Source: Basidiobolus meristosporus CBS 931.73 (Eukaryota > Fungi > Basidiobolomycota). From it: a DNA stretch of 51,856 nt. Below, piece by piece: positions 1-15,161 of the stretch. The stretch covers positions 1 through 51,856 of the forward strand of contig MCFE01000626.1 of NCBI GenBank assembly GCA_002104905.1. The letters are read 5' to 3'. A program made the position numbers and the translations under genes. The notes below the pieces were generated by a model. It did not search any database and was not told the DNA's origin. It saw only the letters and a program-made list of their open reading frames with translations. The number at the start of each line of letters is the position of its first letter. The stretch's first letter is position 1.

Positions 1-153
1 ATAGTCCAGAAGCAGGATGAGTAGATGAAAGGTGTAGAGCAATCATTATCCCAGGTAGAGAAAGCTGTATCTTTGCTGCAAAGAAGGAACTCAAGTAGCT
101 CAATGTCACAGCCAATAATTGAGCAACTTCCTGATGTAACAGCAGTGGAGCAC
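1..153 (+). mobile_element. Partial second copy of the decayed transposon-associated ORF also present at 428-2151 (opposite orientation); runs off the window edge
   Basis: 1-153 aligns with the reverse complement of ~1586-1738; both encode SQVEKAVS.LQRRNSSSSMSQP. Confidence 0.75.
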
Positions 154-385
154 TGTGTGAGTACTAAATGTAGTACCCACTCTTTGCCTAAGAGTTCCCC
201 CCGGAGTCCAACCCTAAGTCCCCCAGTATCCTTCCTATGATTTCCCCATGTGTCCTCCCTGCTATTTCTGCCCTTATCTAGTTTGAACACTTACCATAAT
301 AGGAAGGTGTTCACACCCCTATTTTGTAACACATTGTCTATTATCTAAGCCCCTCTGAGTGATGTATATATATCCAATTGAACCA
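154..385 (+). repeat. Interspersed repeat, probably the 5' part of an LTR (copy 1)
   Basis: Starts TGTGTGAGTACTAAATGTAGTACCCACTCT and is collinear for ~230 bp with 40860-41092; it interrupts unrelated TE ORFs at both sites. Confidence 0.65.
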
Positions 386-427
386 AGTGAGAGAACAACA
401 AGATTTGGACAGAATAGACTTGTTCCA

Positions 428-2151
428 TCATTCCAGCAGATCATAGTGCCCAATAGTGCTAGAGCATGCCACAGCTTTATGCCGCTGTTCATTCACTGAC
501 TCCCACACATCCTGGTCTTCAGCCGGCACTGCAAGGTCCAGCTCCTCATCTGCCAGTCTTTGCAATAAATCCTTGCAATATTTCAGTGTGTTTTCTTGAA
601 CACTGCTCTTGAATAAGTGCTGCAACCTCTAGGTGTGCCTATTAATGTTCCAAAACTCTACTGAAGGCATTATGATAGTATTTTGAGCTCTTGACTTTGT
701 TGCCTTGTCTGTCAGTGGAATCTCCACTCTGTCAACAATGAAGGCTGTGGAGGCTGTGGTAGACAAGTTGCCTTTTTCAGCCAACTCATCTACCTTGCTG
801 GAGTGTAGCTCTACTGACTATGCTTCCAACTCTTGTGAAAACAGTTGTTTTCTTATTGGTTATTCTTCTTGGCTATGATGGGATTCAGTCTGTTCCTGGC
901 TTGCTGCATTAATTGGCAAGAACTGCAGTTTTTTTTGCATGCCTCCTTGTCTCAGGCTTGGGTAGACATTTTTCCCTTTACCTTTTTCTTTATCACTACC
1001 AGGTCTTTCACTGCTACTTTGACTGGGTGCTTCTTGAGTGGTACTACACTTTTTCCTTGATAAAAGTTGTGCTGGTGCATCCATATCTGCCTGCTTGTTC
1101 TTAATTGGCACTATTCCAGCTGCCTGACGTCTCTTCAATGCTTCTCTGGAGCTTTCAGCCCAGCTTGTAACAGGCTCTTGAGGAAGCCACTTGTTTTTAG
1201 CCATGGCACCCTTGTTCTTCTTCCTTTGATAGTTTCTGCCATTCTAAAGATACTTTCTGAGCATACCAATGCTGGCCCAAAAACTGTTTGCCCATTTGAA
1301 ACCAGGATAATGCTCCGGAACAAGTCAAGTGCATTCTGCTTGGCCTTGAGTTCCTGATGGTCCCATGGTATGCCGGCCTTAAGGTGATGGTGTGCTAGAC
1401 TTCTGACAGCCTCTTGTATATTAGCCCACTATTCATTATTGCACTCAATGGCTTCACGGATCTTCAATGTCTTTTCATTTTTTGGCTTTGGTATAAACAC
1501 CACATTGTCTCCCTCCCATGCTGTGATAGGTTTTTCTGTGGGCTTTATCTTTGGGCACTGTTGCTGTGCTTCAAAGACTGTATGGTGCTCCTCTGCTGTT
1601 ACATTGGGAAATGGCTCAGCTGTTGGCTGTGACATTGAGCTACTTGAGTTCCTTCTTTGCAGCCAAGACACTGCTTTCTCTACCTGGGATATTGATTACT
1701 CTACATGTATTACTTGCTCATCCTGTTTCTGGACTACTTCCTAACTTCTCTGGGCCATTGCATCTATCCTTTCAGCCACTGTGCATAATTGCTTCATTGA
1801 TGCTTTGGTATGAGCTGATGACATACTTGCTAATATGGGTGGTGGTGCTGTTATCATGGCCACTTGCTGATCTTCAACTGAGGGTACTGTATTTGCTACA
1901 TTGTCATCTGCCTGAGCATAACGGTGAGCTTGTGGCTCTGCAGAGGTTCTCAGTTGCCTAGTTGACTGAGAGCCTGAGGAGTCCCCATTATTACCTTCAA
2001 TGGGCACACTGTCCACAAGGCCTTTTTTAGATGTAGCCCTGCTTGTTGCACTGAATGTCAATGCAAGCCATTGTCCAACTGCTCTTCTGTTGCCATCAAC
2101 AGTGGGGTTTGGTTGGGAACCAGACAACTTTGCTGTATTTTTTGGCAGCAT
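428..2151 (-). pseudogene. Decayed ORF of unknown family, probably the accessory ORF of the adjacent CACTA-like element
   Basis: Chain of minus-strand ORF fragments broken by stops (1741-2151, 1429-1671, 1135-1323, 860-1204, 428-625); CpG-depleted; divergent from the transposase. Confidence 0.4.
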
Positions 2152-2581
2152 ATATATAGAAGTGAGTCAAACCAAAGGGGAAATAGTGTTGCATATACGT
2201 GTGTATGTGGTGCCACAACTTTATTTATAATGCTTACTATGGTGGGTCATCATTGAATCTTACATTCATGTAGGTGCAATGTCTCAAATACAAGACTGTC
2301 TTAAGTTCACACAAGTATTAACCAAAAAGTGATATAATAGTGTTATGTTGTTGAAGGTCAAACTGTTTGCCCCATGGACAAGACTACTTTGACTTAACGC
2401 CATAAGAGAAGAGAAAAAGACTATGTGGCTATTGTGGCAAGCCTCTCAGCCATGAAGCATGCAGACAGCATAGGAAGTATTACAAGGTTCACAGCCAGTG
2501 TTTTGCCACCCAAGTCATATTTGACCATGCATTGGTTGCCACTGTACCACATTATCTTGCTGGCCAGTTGATACTGCTATA

Positions 2582-5030
2582 TTGATGCCTGGCTGCCTTT
2601 GTCACCTTGCGCAAACTGAGTCAGGTGAGTTTGTGATGCTTTTAGGCTCACCTCAGCCTTCTGAATATGGCATGCAGAGTGATAGTTCTGACAAAGAAGG
2701 CTCACTGATGGATCTTGGGCCTACCTCCCCTAACAACTGTACCACATATGAGCCTGGTCAAATACCTATATGCAATGAGACAACACCTGTTGAAACAAAT
2801 GCCAAAGATACCTTATGGAGCCAAGTGAGCCCAGTAATCCATCCCACTGGTGAATGATCTAATGTTGTAGCTAGAGAAGTGGGGCATTTCCACTAATATC
2901 AGTAATGGGGGCTTTGAGGATATATTACTACTTCTTGCCAAAATCATACCAGGATGCAACTTACCATTCACATGGTACAAGTGGACAACCATCATGTGGC
3001 TGGCAAAATATGATCCAGAGATGTCCTGATTGCAGCATATGCTAATAGTTGCATGGCATTCACATCCAAAAATGCTACCATTGCAACGTGTCCAAATTGT
3101 CAGGAATCCACCACCGTTGAGGGAAAACATTGTTCACACTCCGGATATATTCCGGTCATACACTGTCTGATGAAGCTGATACAGTCCAACAAATATTGCA
3201 AAGCTATACAGTACCATACTCAGTATCAATCAAGCGCAAACATATCCAATATATTTGATGGCAAACATTACAAACAGATAAGAAGCAAGGGCTACTTTGA
3301 AGGTATGCATGACCGTGCCTTTACTTTAGCACTTGATGGATTCTCATTAAATAAGTACTCTACCAGCAAATTCTGCTGGCCACTGATTCCTATCAATTTG
3401 AATCTGCCACCCATCTTATAGTATCAGAGCAATAATCAGATGGTAGTCTCACTGGTATCTGGGCCTAAATCACCATCAACCTAGGTAGCTACCTGTATCC
3501 ATTGCTGGATGAATTTTGTATGCTCTCCAGCAGGATAATGGTAAATGGCCATCATGCCAAAGTGCATATTATTATCTGTATTGGAGATACCCCAGCCATC
3601 AGCAAGATAGCAGGTTTTTCCAGGCACAATGAATGGTATTGCTGTTGAATATGTGAGATCCAGGGGATTTACTCCATAACTCACACATATTATTATTACC
3701 TAAACACCAGCACTAATAACATCATCTTTCCACAGAGAGAATGTACAGAAGTAAGCATGCAATTGCAGCCAAGTGGGCAAGCTATAAGCCATTGGCCAGA
3801 ATATGGAATCCATTGGAAACCAGAGATACTTGAGATAGAGGGTATCTGTTGGAGCAAAAGCTTTCCACTGGGAGCAACGCATTTGCTTTTGAGCAATATC
3901 CCTATACTGATGACCAAGTTGTACATGGGGCATTTTGAGCTAAATGAGCCCTTTGAGATACCAGAGAAGTTTGAAAAAATTGGCAAGATATTACAGAGTA
4001 TCTGTTACCCTAAGTACTTCTCACAGGCTCCAATTAATATTCATACACATATGCAACAATACAAATGCAAAGACTGGATGAGCTGGATACGCATTTATTC
4101 AAGTGGTGTTCTGAAGCCATTCCTACCAAGTGTATATTAGAAGCATTGGGAGTCATATGTGGACATTGTAGGAATATTTATCCAGAAGCAGATCACCAAT
4201 GCCAACTTGATGCATCTACAGCTGTTGTGTGAGGAGCTTGTGACGGGATTTGAGCAGCTATACTACAAACATAAAGCTGAATGTGTGATCACTGCCCCTA
4301 CTGTATCAATTCTCTACTCCATCTTGCATGGTGTGTGGAGAATATTGGGCCTTGCTTCACCTTTTGGGAGTTTCCTATGGAGCAGATGTGTGGGGAGATA
4401 GGAAGACAATTCAAGTTGCAGGTACTACCATATCCCAATCTCATCAAGAATACTACCTTCAAGTCCATCATGGATGTGATGAGTTGGCACACGGAGGACA
4501 GCCAAAAAGAGTTGGAAAATACTGAGGACAAATGTACACATGGAGACACCTATGCCTATGGTATTAAGAAGCTAAGCAGCCCCAATGTGTGGCCAATCAG
4601 TTAAATAATGCAAAGTTGGGTTGGGTGCAACAAGCAACTAATTTTTATCAGGAAAACTTCACCAAGATATGCTGGATTTCTAGTGGTCACAAGTCAACTT
4701 CAACACCATTCAGTATGGAATTTACACAAACAAAAGCCAGAGCACACTTATAAGGGGGACTAGAATCCAGCAGGGAGAAGGAATATATTGGCAAAATACC
4801 AATAATTTCTTTGCCAATGTTCAGGAGGTATTCATGGCAGGAGTGGCAACAACCAAGCATATGTTTGCAAGATGTATATGCTACTAGCAGTACAAGGTAT
4901 ATGACAACCTTGCAAGTATCACACTAAAAAGCCGTAAAGTTGAGGTGATAGATGTATGTCAATTGTGGCAGGTGTGTGCGTTTGTAGAGGTTAGTAAGCA
5001 GGAGGCCATAGTTTTTTTTTATTCAAACTA
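2582..5030 (+). mobile_element. Degenerate CACTA/EnSpm (Tnp2/Transposase_21-like) transposase
   Basis: Motifs CPNC, ALDGFSL...WPLIPINLNLPP, GP..FWEFPMEQMCGEIG and C-terminal EVIDV; many stops and frameshifts. Confidence 0.8.
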
Positions 5031-5228
5031 TATGTGGAATACCCAAGGGAGTAGTGGGTATGCAAATAAAGAAAGGTGATTCTACAATGGAATAAATGAA
5101 TTGCACAAGGGGAGGTAGAAAAAGGAAATACCATTTGGTAAATTGGTATGGTAGCATTCTACAGAACCAGCGGTAGGCCTTCATACTGCCAAAAAAATGC
5201 CATCAGAGTCTTGCAGTGAGGCCATCAA

Positions 5229-5480
5229 AATACTGTCAAGTGTCTTGCAATATAGGGCAATTGAAAGTCCTGGCCAACTGGATCCACTCAAAATAGTAAT
5301 AGAGCACTGAAAGACTGCAACAATACCATGCAAATATTGTCACAGCACCAATCAAAAATTGTCAGGTTTTATCCCTTTATTTTGCTGTAAAATTTGCAAA
5401 ATACTGTCATGATCTTGTCATAAGATTGTCAGGAGGGTCAGCAATTCCAAGCTGCTGTTATTGTGACGGTCTCTAAATGG
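5229..5480. repeat. Subterminal repeat cluster (YTGTCA x6) of the CACTA-like element
   Basis: 8-bp words TACTGTCA/TATTGTCA/AATTGTCA/TCTTGTCA/GATTGTCA ending in YTGTCA start at 5231, 5335, 5357, 5402, 5413 and 5424, downstream of the transposase. Confidence 0.5.
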
Positions 5481-5484
5481 GATC

Positions 5485-5790
5485 TTGATGGATGATCTAG
5501 ATAGGATCCACCTGTGGGACCAAACTATTTCTCATAGGGAATGGCATTATAGGTTGGAAGACGCAGTTAAAGACAACTGGGATGTACTAGAAGAAGCCTA
5601 CAAAATATGCTTTCTATATGCTGAAGGATACCACTACAAAGCCCTTCTACTGTCCTCATGGTGTAGTGGGGCCACAGTGACACCCATAGGCAGATGTGCT
5701 CATTCCCATACATTCACTTCCCTAAAAAGAATTACCCCCCCCTATATTAGTATTATCCTAAATTGCAATATTTTCTATCTGTCTATGTGA
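5485..5790 (+). pseudogene. Possible retrotransposon gag fragment
   Basis: WHYRLEDAVKDNWD...EAYKICFLYAEG loosely resembles a Gypsy gag N-terminus; weak. Confidence 0.25.
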
Positions 5791-5973
5791 TTATTGATAT
5801 GTGACATGGCAAGCTATTTGTCACTATTAACCTATTGCACAAGCTATTCCTATTCCTTGCTGAGATGCCAAGATACAATAGTTACTATATAAGGCAAGTA
5901 CCCCCAACAATGCCTATGTCATGTGACCATCCTGGTTTCATAACCCTCCTTTCCTACTACAATATGAGGTAAC

Positions 5974-6322
5974 TGTTGCAATATTCTGAGGAGTATTGAA
6001 AGTGATGTGGAGAACTAGAGAATTTACATGTTATTCACTTGTAGATTTATTGATCAAAATTATGGAATTTATACTTTTGATAAAGTAGAGCAAATAAATG
6101 GGTAGAGTTTGTCAATGAAGGTCCCAAGAATATGTGTGCAAAGTTTGGGGGCTTTTGGACAACTTTGAGAAAGATCATAATCTGGGTACCTGATAATTTG
6201 GTGAACATATTCTAGGTAAATCCCAACAAGAAATTTGGTCAGGACAGAATGCTATTCAAAGAATAAGATCTATGTAACTAATTTAGCATGAATATTTTGG
6301 TGACAACTTAATAATTGCAACA
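5974..6322 (-). mobile_element. Copia-family solo LTR with perfect 5-bp target-site duplication
   Basis: TGTTGCAA...TTGCAACA termini; GTAAC on both sides (5969-5973, 6323-6327); homologous to the reverse complement of 12703-13051. Confidence 0.9.
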
Positions 6323-6539
6323 GTAACTACATGACACAGAGGTTTCATATAAGCACTATCTGATTGGCTAGGTACTACAATGTCTCATGGAATAATCTGC
6401 CAAGAATTTGAACTATTTTTAGTACACAATGACATGATTGGCTCTATACTACCTTCTGGACACTTCCAGAAAGTATTTCCTAGCAAGAGTTTGAGCAGAA
6501 AAAAAAAGTGTATAAGGGAGGCTATCCCTTACAAATAAA

Positions 6540-8647
6540 TCATATCTCTTCTAATATTACAACAAAGTAAGACCTAAGGCATCCAGAGAACAACAGGGAT
6601 GTATGAAAAGGTCTTGAAGAAGCTTAGAGAGAACAAGCTCTATGGCAAGCTAGCAAAGTGTGAATTCTTGAAGAAGCATATTGAGTACCTTGGACACAAA
6701 GTGACTAGTACAGTAGTATCTTAGACCCCTAGAAGGCTGAAGTTGTCAAGAATCTCATGCAGCCCCATGAAATATCTGAACTCAGATCACTCCTTGGAAC
6801 AATTTTCATTTATTGGAGATTTGTCAAGTCATTTGCAAGTATTGCAGCCCCTTCTACTGATATCCTCAAGAAAGACAGCACCCTGGAGTAGGACGTAGCA
6901 TGTGAGACTGCTTTTCAGATACTCAAGAATGAACTTGCTATGCTGCCAAGCTAAAATATCTGACTTCAGAAAAGAGTCTATTTTGTGCACATATGCTTCA
7001 GACTTTGCAGTTGGTGAAGTATTGAGACAAAAACATGAGGGAAAGGACTACCTAGCTGCTTTTAAGTCCAAGAAACTGAGCTCAGCAGAACAAAAATATC
7101 CAGTGCACAAGAAGGAGAGGCTTGCCATAATATGCTGCTTGAACACATGGAGATGCTAGATTGAAAGAGTCAAGTGCATTGTGATGACTGATTGCACCTC
7201 ACTCAAGTATATATTTACTCAGAAGGTACTATCTAGTAGAATGATAAGATGGAGTGAATACATTGAGCAACTTGACTTTGGAATTGTCTACTGCCCTGGC
7301 AAAAACAATATGGTTGCTGATGCCTTATCAAGACTGGAACAAGTTGCACAACTCAAGTTGGTGCATGAATCAGATTGGCCTAGCTCATTACCAAGGTACT
7401 TGAAGGACCAAGCCATTCCTAATGAGGTAGAAGAAGAGATCAAGAAGATAACCAGGGATGAAGTTGGCAAACTTGTAGTACAGGATGAACTACTCTACCA
7501 AATTGTTGATGGAAGCCCTAATGCCTACAGCCCTTTTGTTGCTTGCATGGATTTAATATATAATCTACACAAGGGATATGGACATTTTGGAACTGAAGAA
7601 GCCTTTAACCTTGTACAGGCTAGAGTATGGTGTCCCAGAATCAAACAAGATATTGAGAATATAGTGAAAACATGCCCAAATTGCCGAATCAAACAAGGCC
7701 AACCACAAAGAATTGCTGAACTCTTTCCCTTGGAGCCTATAAGACCATTTGATACCTGGGAATTGACTTTATTGCAAGACTGCCAACCACCAGGAAATGC
7801 AACTGTTGGATCCTAGTAGCAATTGATCATGCCACTAAATGGCTAGTTGCTAAAGCTGTGCCTGTGGCCAGTGAACAAGAAGATGCAAGTTTCATCAACC
7901 ACAAGATCCTTATTAAGTTTGGATGCCCTGTGGAGATCTTATCCAATAGAGGAGCAAGCTTCATTGCAAAGACACTGGAAGCTTACCTGGAAATGCAGCA
8001 GACCAAACACTTGTAAGCTTTGGATATCACCCTATGACTAATGGGGTCACTGAGTGGTTTAATGGATTATTTGGAAAAGTGCTTCCCAAGTATGCAAATG
8101 GAGCTATCAGCAAATGGGATGAGTATATAGACCAAGCACTTTTTGCCTGCAGAGTGAGAGTGCACAACACCACCCAACAATTGCCATTTTACTAAGTGTA
8201 TGGATTTGACCTAAGGATTTCAGGAAATCCCACAGAACCAAAGCTTACTGATCCATTTGAAGGTGAACTGACTCAGCCAATCAGACACCAGCAACTGGAA
8301 CAAAGGCATCAAGAGGACCAGGCCAAAGTATCTCAGAGTGCAGAAATGATGAATAGGAGAATTGATAAGACTATATCACCAAAAGCATTGAAAGTTGGGA
8401 ACTTTGTATTGCTGAGAAACAGCACTTGAAAGAAGTTTGAGCTACAATAGACAGGACCTTTCAAGATCATCAGAGAATGTCCATTTGCAACTTACCAGCT
8501 AGTGGGAAACAGGGGTATATCCCAGAAGCTTAGTTAATAGATACAGACTCAAGCTTAAAAGACTTGCCAATAATACTGAGCCATCAAGATATTGGTGTCC
8601 CAAGTAAAGATATTGAGGAGAGCCCACTCTGTATTAGTAGGGGACAA
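6540..8647 (+). mobile_element. Degenerate Ty3/Gypsy pol (RT C-terminus, RNase H, integrase), 5'-truncated
   Basis: KCEFLKKHIEYLGH (RT), ASDFAVGEVL...SKKLSSAEQKY (RNase H), HKGYGHFG...CPNC (integrase HHCC), GPFKII (integrase C-terminus); purine tract before the LTR. Confidence 0.9.
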
Positions 8648-9223
8648 TGTTATGATCTACTGATTGAATGTTTAAGTTGCATCAGGTTTTAGTCAGATCA
8701 ATTAATTTTATGTTTGGTCTATTGGTACAGTAGTGTTATCTATCAAATCAGTAGTATTAGTCAGCAGATGAATTAACAGATCCTTGCCAGACAGAAATAG
8801 ATATACTAACCAGGATCTAATAGGGTGATGATGATGCAATCACATGAGTCCTCAGCCACAACCTACACTGGGATACACAATTAGCCAGCAATCATCAGGA
8901 TACCACACAAACATCACTGAGAGATAATTGCGCCCCAGTTTTCACTAAAAACTTAGTCTATACTCTTTGCTGCAAAAGTACATAAGTAGCCTTTGATTGG
9001 TCCTCTGCAAATTCTCTCACTTTGTGATCCTAGACACTCCATCATCTCCTACATATGTGTACATTGATTGGTTATTGCCTCTTTCTCACACTCCTTAATT
9101 CCTGACTCTACCAATTCACTTACTTTTCATGCTTATATATTGGTTTATATCCATTGAAACTTCAGCTGTACTTCAATTGCCAATTGTATTAACCTATATT
9201 AGTCCCTATACTCAGCACTAACA
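8648..9223 (+). mobile_element. Gypsy 3' LTR
   Basis: Follows the purine tract AGTAGGGGACAA; TGTTA...TAACA termini; Copia gag resumes just after. Confidence 0.6.
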
Positions 9224-9225
9224 TT

Positions 9226-12200
9226 GACAAGCTTTAGGGCTGTGTACTAGTCCTAGAGTCCAAAACTGATGATTTGATCTTAAATTAAAAAATATGGAAG
9301 GCTGCTGGATGAAGAATTAAGAAAATCAAGCACCAATAAGAAGGAAGAAGAAAATGCTTTAATAAGCAATGATAATCAACAAAGGAGGTACCTAAGACCC
9401 TACAAAGACAACAGCCACCTGTTATGCAACTGTTGCAAAAGGAAAGGATACACATCAGACCAGTGTCTCAAAAAGAGAGATAATCAGCAAAAGAAGCCTG
9501 TATATGGAAATGCTGCAACAACTAAAGATAGACTACTCATATCTGCACTAAATATGACTACAAACAAGGATTCTTTGACCTGGTATATTGACTCTGGAGC
9601 ATCTAAACACTTGACACACCAAAAAGAACTTTTTACCCAATTTCAAGAAATTCCAACCAAGATGGTTTTCATGGGTGACAATAGAACAATTGATGCAGTG
9701 GGAGAAGGAACAATCCAAGTAAACCTTAGAAGCAGTGAAGGAATTCATACACTGACCTTTAGTTAAGTACTCTATGTACAAGAAACAGCCAAGAACCTAC
9801 TATCTGTAAGCAAGGCCACTGCAGAAAGACTAAGTTTCAGCTTTGACAATTCTGGATGCAGGATCACTGATCAAAATGGTGCCCATATTGCTTTGGGTAT
9901 CAGAGGTCAGAATCTGTATAAGTTAACTTATATTCCATCATATATGGAAGCCAATACATGTAACTTAAATGAAGAAATACCAATGCTTTGGCACAGGAGA
10001 TTTGGACACATCAATCTTGATTATTTGCGCAAATTGATCAAAGATCAGCTAATTTCCGGAGTAAAAATTGATCCCCTAGCTAATTTGGAGCATTATGAAG
10101 CCTGCATATATGGGATACAAGCCAGACAATTATTCAAGAGCTCTGGGCTAATCAAAACTAAGATAAAATTAGATCTAACTTACTTAGATATGTGTGGATA
10201 TACGTAAAATATATCCTTAGGCAGGATGAAGTATTTAATCACTTTTATTGATGATTATACAAGATACATGTGTGTTTACTTCATGGAGAGAAAGGAGGAA
10301 GCTCTGTCTAAGTTCAGGAAGCTCAAAGTCATGGTGGAGAGCAAAACTGGTGAAAAAATCAAGAAAATATGCTCTGACAATGGTGGAGAATATTCCTCCA
10401 AACTCTTCATCCACTTCTGCAAAATTCATGGGATAAAGCAAGAGACTACTGTCCATACTCCCCACAGCAAAATGGAGTAGCAGAACATGCTAACAGATCA
10501 ATAATTGATATGGTAAGATCTATGATCCATGATCAAGAATTATCATATGATTTTTGGGCAAAATCAGTTGCCACTACTGTATACCTTAGAAATAGGAGTT
10601 GTAACTGAATACTTTGTGATTCTACTCCATTTGAAGCATGGTATGGGTACAGACCAAGTGCAGAACATATAAGAATATATGGGTGTACAGCGTATGTCAA
10701 GTAACTGACCAGATATCAATCAAAATTTGAGCCAAAAAGTGCAAAATGCATATTTTTGGGCTACTGCCATGAGAGTAAAGCATACAGACTCTACAATACC
10801 AAAGCAAAGAAGCTAATCAAGTCCAGGGATGTGCTGTTTGATGAAGATTTAAAATTTTCACAAAAAATGACATCAGATGATGACAAAAATTTGATCTCAA
10901 ATCCACTTATAGTTAGGATTGAATCAGAGCAAAACAATGAAGACTTTTTCACTCCAGAGGACTCTACAACCATGGCTCAGCCAGAACCAGTGCCCAGGAA
11001 TATCCAAGAATTGATACTCTAGTATCAAATGCCAGGAGATCCAACTGGACAAGAAATAGCCCAAATTACTATATCAGTGAGGGTTCAAACTTAGCCTATG
11101 CCTGTTCAGTCCATATTGATGAGCCCCAGACTGTATAAGAGGCCCTAAATAGTTCTCAGACAAAGCTTTGGAGATCTGCAACAACTGACAAAAATCAGAC
11201 CCTGATGCAAAATCAAACTTGGGACTTAGTCAAACTACCAATCAACCAAAAATCAGTTAGATGCAGATAGGTCTTTAAGAGAAAATACAAGGCTGATGGT
11301 TCAATTGAAAGATACAAAGCAAGACTTGTGGCCAAAGGATACTCTCAAACAAAAGGATTTGACTATACTGAGACCTTTGCACTGGCAGCCAAGCTTAATT
11401 CCATCAGATTGATATTGGCTATTGTAGCCAAATACAAGTTTCTTATACAACAAATGAATGTAAAAGCTTCATTTTTAAATGGAGAACTTGATGTGGATGT
11501 GTATATGAACTAGCCTGATGGGTTTGCTGACCATGATAACCCCATTTGGTCTGCAAGCTTGAAAAATCTCTATATGGTCTCAAACAATCACCAAGAGCCT
11601 GGAATTGCAAGATAGATTCTTATTTGGAGTCTTCAAGTTTCAGAAGGAGTAATGCTGACTATAGTATATACTATAGGCCAGATAGAGCAAATCCAGTTCT
11701 ATTAGCTCTATATGTGCATGATCTTATTATAGCCACCAATAACCTAGCAACATTGGATGAGACTAAATCCAGCCCATCTAAGGTATTCAAAATATCTGAT
11801 CTAGGAGAACTCAGTCACTACTAAGGGATTAAGTTCTCCATAGACAGTGGTACCCAGACTATCACCCTAAGCCAATCTAAGTATTTTCAGGATATACTAA
11901 AGAAGTACCAAATGGAAGACTGTAAACCAGCAGCTGCCCCAATGGAGGCAAACCTTAACTTGGCCAAAACTCAACTAAATTAAGAGCACTTGGTGCCATC
12001 TGAAAGCCCTAACTTTCCTTATCAATCTATGGTTGGCAGTCTGATGTATATCATGCCTGGAGCACATCCAGATATCTCATATTCAATGGGAGTTGTCAGC
12101 CAGCATAATCAGAACTATGGATTTGATCATATTGCAGCAGTTAAGTGGATTTTTAGATACCTAAAAGGAGCTGCTGATAACTGCTCAAGATACACTTTTA

Positions 12201-12691
12201 AGGATTCAGAACAGGATCTTGTGTGATACTCTGATGCTGATTGGGGACAAAATTTGGAAGACAGAAGATCTACCACAGGATACACCTTTCTTTACTGTAA
12301 AGGAGCAACTTCATGGAATTCAAGAAAGCAACCAACCGTAGCACTTTCTACCACAGAGGCAGTGTACATGGCAGCCTGTGAAGCTACCAAAGAAGCAATG
12401 TGGTTAAGAAGGCTTTTTACAGATTTAGGCCTGTGTCAAAAAATGCCTATTACTGTATTTCAAGATAATCAAGGATGTATACAATTAGGTAGAAATCCAA
12501 CTTTTCATGCTAGAACCAAGCACATAGATATTAGACATCATTTCATACGTGAAGCTATAGAGAATAGCTTAGTTAGCTTAGTTTACTGTTCTACAGATGA
12601 GATGATTGCAGACATATTTACCAAACCATTAGCTAGAGACAAGTTTGAATATCTTAGGTCAAAATTAGGACTAGTCAGTATGAACATTTAG
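9226..12691 (+). mobile_element. Degenerate Ty1/Copia internal region (gag end, protease, integrase, RT, RNase H)
   Basis: Zn knuckle CNCCKRKGYTSDQC; WYIDSGASKHLT; LWHRRFGH; FIDDYTRY; GVAE(H)ANR; KLEKSLYGLKQSPRAW; RRSTTGY...SRKQPTVALSTTEA; TKHIDIRHHFIRE. Confidence 0.95.
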
Positions 12692-12702
12692 CTGAGTGGG
12701 AG

Positions 12703-13051
12703 TGTTGTAAAAATTTGTAATTCCATCTAAATATTCACCTAACTTAGTCACCTAGATCATTACCTTCATATCCTAGAGAATACTGACCAAATTCCTTGTT
12801 GGGATTTACTTAGAATATTTTCACCAAAATACCAGGTACCCAGAACATGAAAATTCTCAAAGTTGTTCAAACAGCCCCAAGCTTTGCACACATGTTCTTG
12901 GGACCTTCCTTAACCTATTCTACATGTTTGTAATGCCAAGACCAGGTAAAAGTATAAATACTACCTTTACATTCAATAAATCATGAAGTGAAAACCACAT
13001 AATCTACTTGTTCTCCCAATCACTTCCAATATCTCCAAGACTCTTACAACA
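12703..13051 (+). mobile_element. Copia 3' LTR
   Basis: Preceded by the purine tract GAGTGGGAG; TGTTGTAA...TTACAACA termini. Confidence 0.9.
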
Positions 13052-13191
13052 CTTGGCACATGATGTTTTGGAGAAAATATTCTAGGTAAGATGCTACAAG
13101 AAGTTTGGGCAGAATTCTCCAAGATCTGTGGACAATGATCTAAGTGGCCAAGTCAGGGGAATATTTAGGTGGAATCACAAGATTTGCAACA
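13052..13191 (-). mobile_element. Truncated older LTR of the same Copia family, opposite orientation
   Basis: Collinear with 41690-41794; ends ...GATTTGCAACA. Confidence 0.65.
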
Positions 13192-13692
13192 TTGCCAAGG
13201 TGTGGTAGCCAACAGGAATCCAAGAGACTACTTGCAGTGGCACCCCAGATATTGGAGGCTGTACACATGGTGGTCCCTGGGGACATGTAAGACCCACATT
13301 TTGTCTGTCCATGACCCTTGGCAACCCAACTGGCATTTTGCATCCTGATATTCCATACCAGGTGATGGCATGCATTGGAAAGTGGAGGGGGGGTTAGGAA
13401 GGATTGGGATTTATTGATACAGATTTCTGCTGATGGATACATTGGATCACCTGGAATGATCGGTAGTGGATAGGATGAAGGGGAGGGACTGTGAAATGGA
13501 TGTTGCCAGGGATCAACTACGTGTGCTATTGATCCCCAACATCGTGGTTTTGAATGCACCAGCGAGGGAATTCATCAAGTCTTGTGGTAGAGTGGAGTTG
13601 AGGTTTGGCAATCACCATCCACAGCATTTCAGGATTGCCATTGGGAATTGGAATATACACATGGGATGGAGATGGTGCAGTCCAAGATGGGC

Positions 13693-15161
<1,469 letters not shown>

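Noticed and set aside
13192-13692. Partly CpG-depleted stretch with open frames (e.g. HGGPWGH...) that might be a pseudogene
   Set aside because: No family motif I can support; noted only as the transition zone
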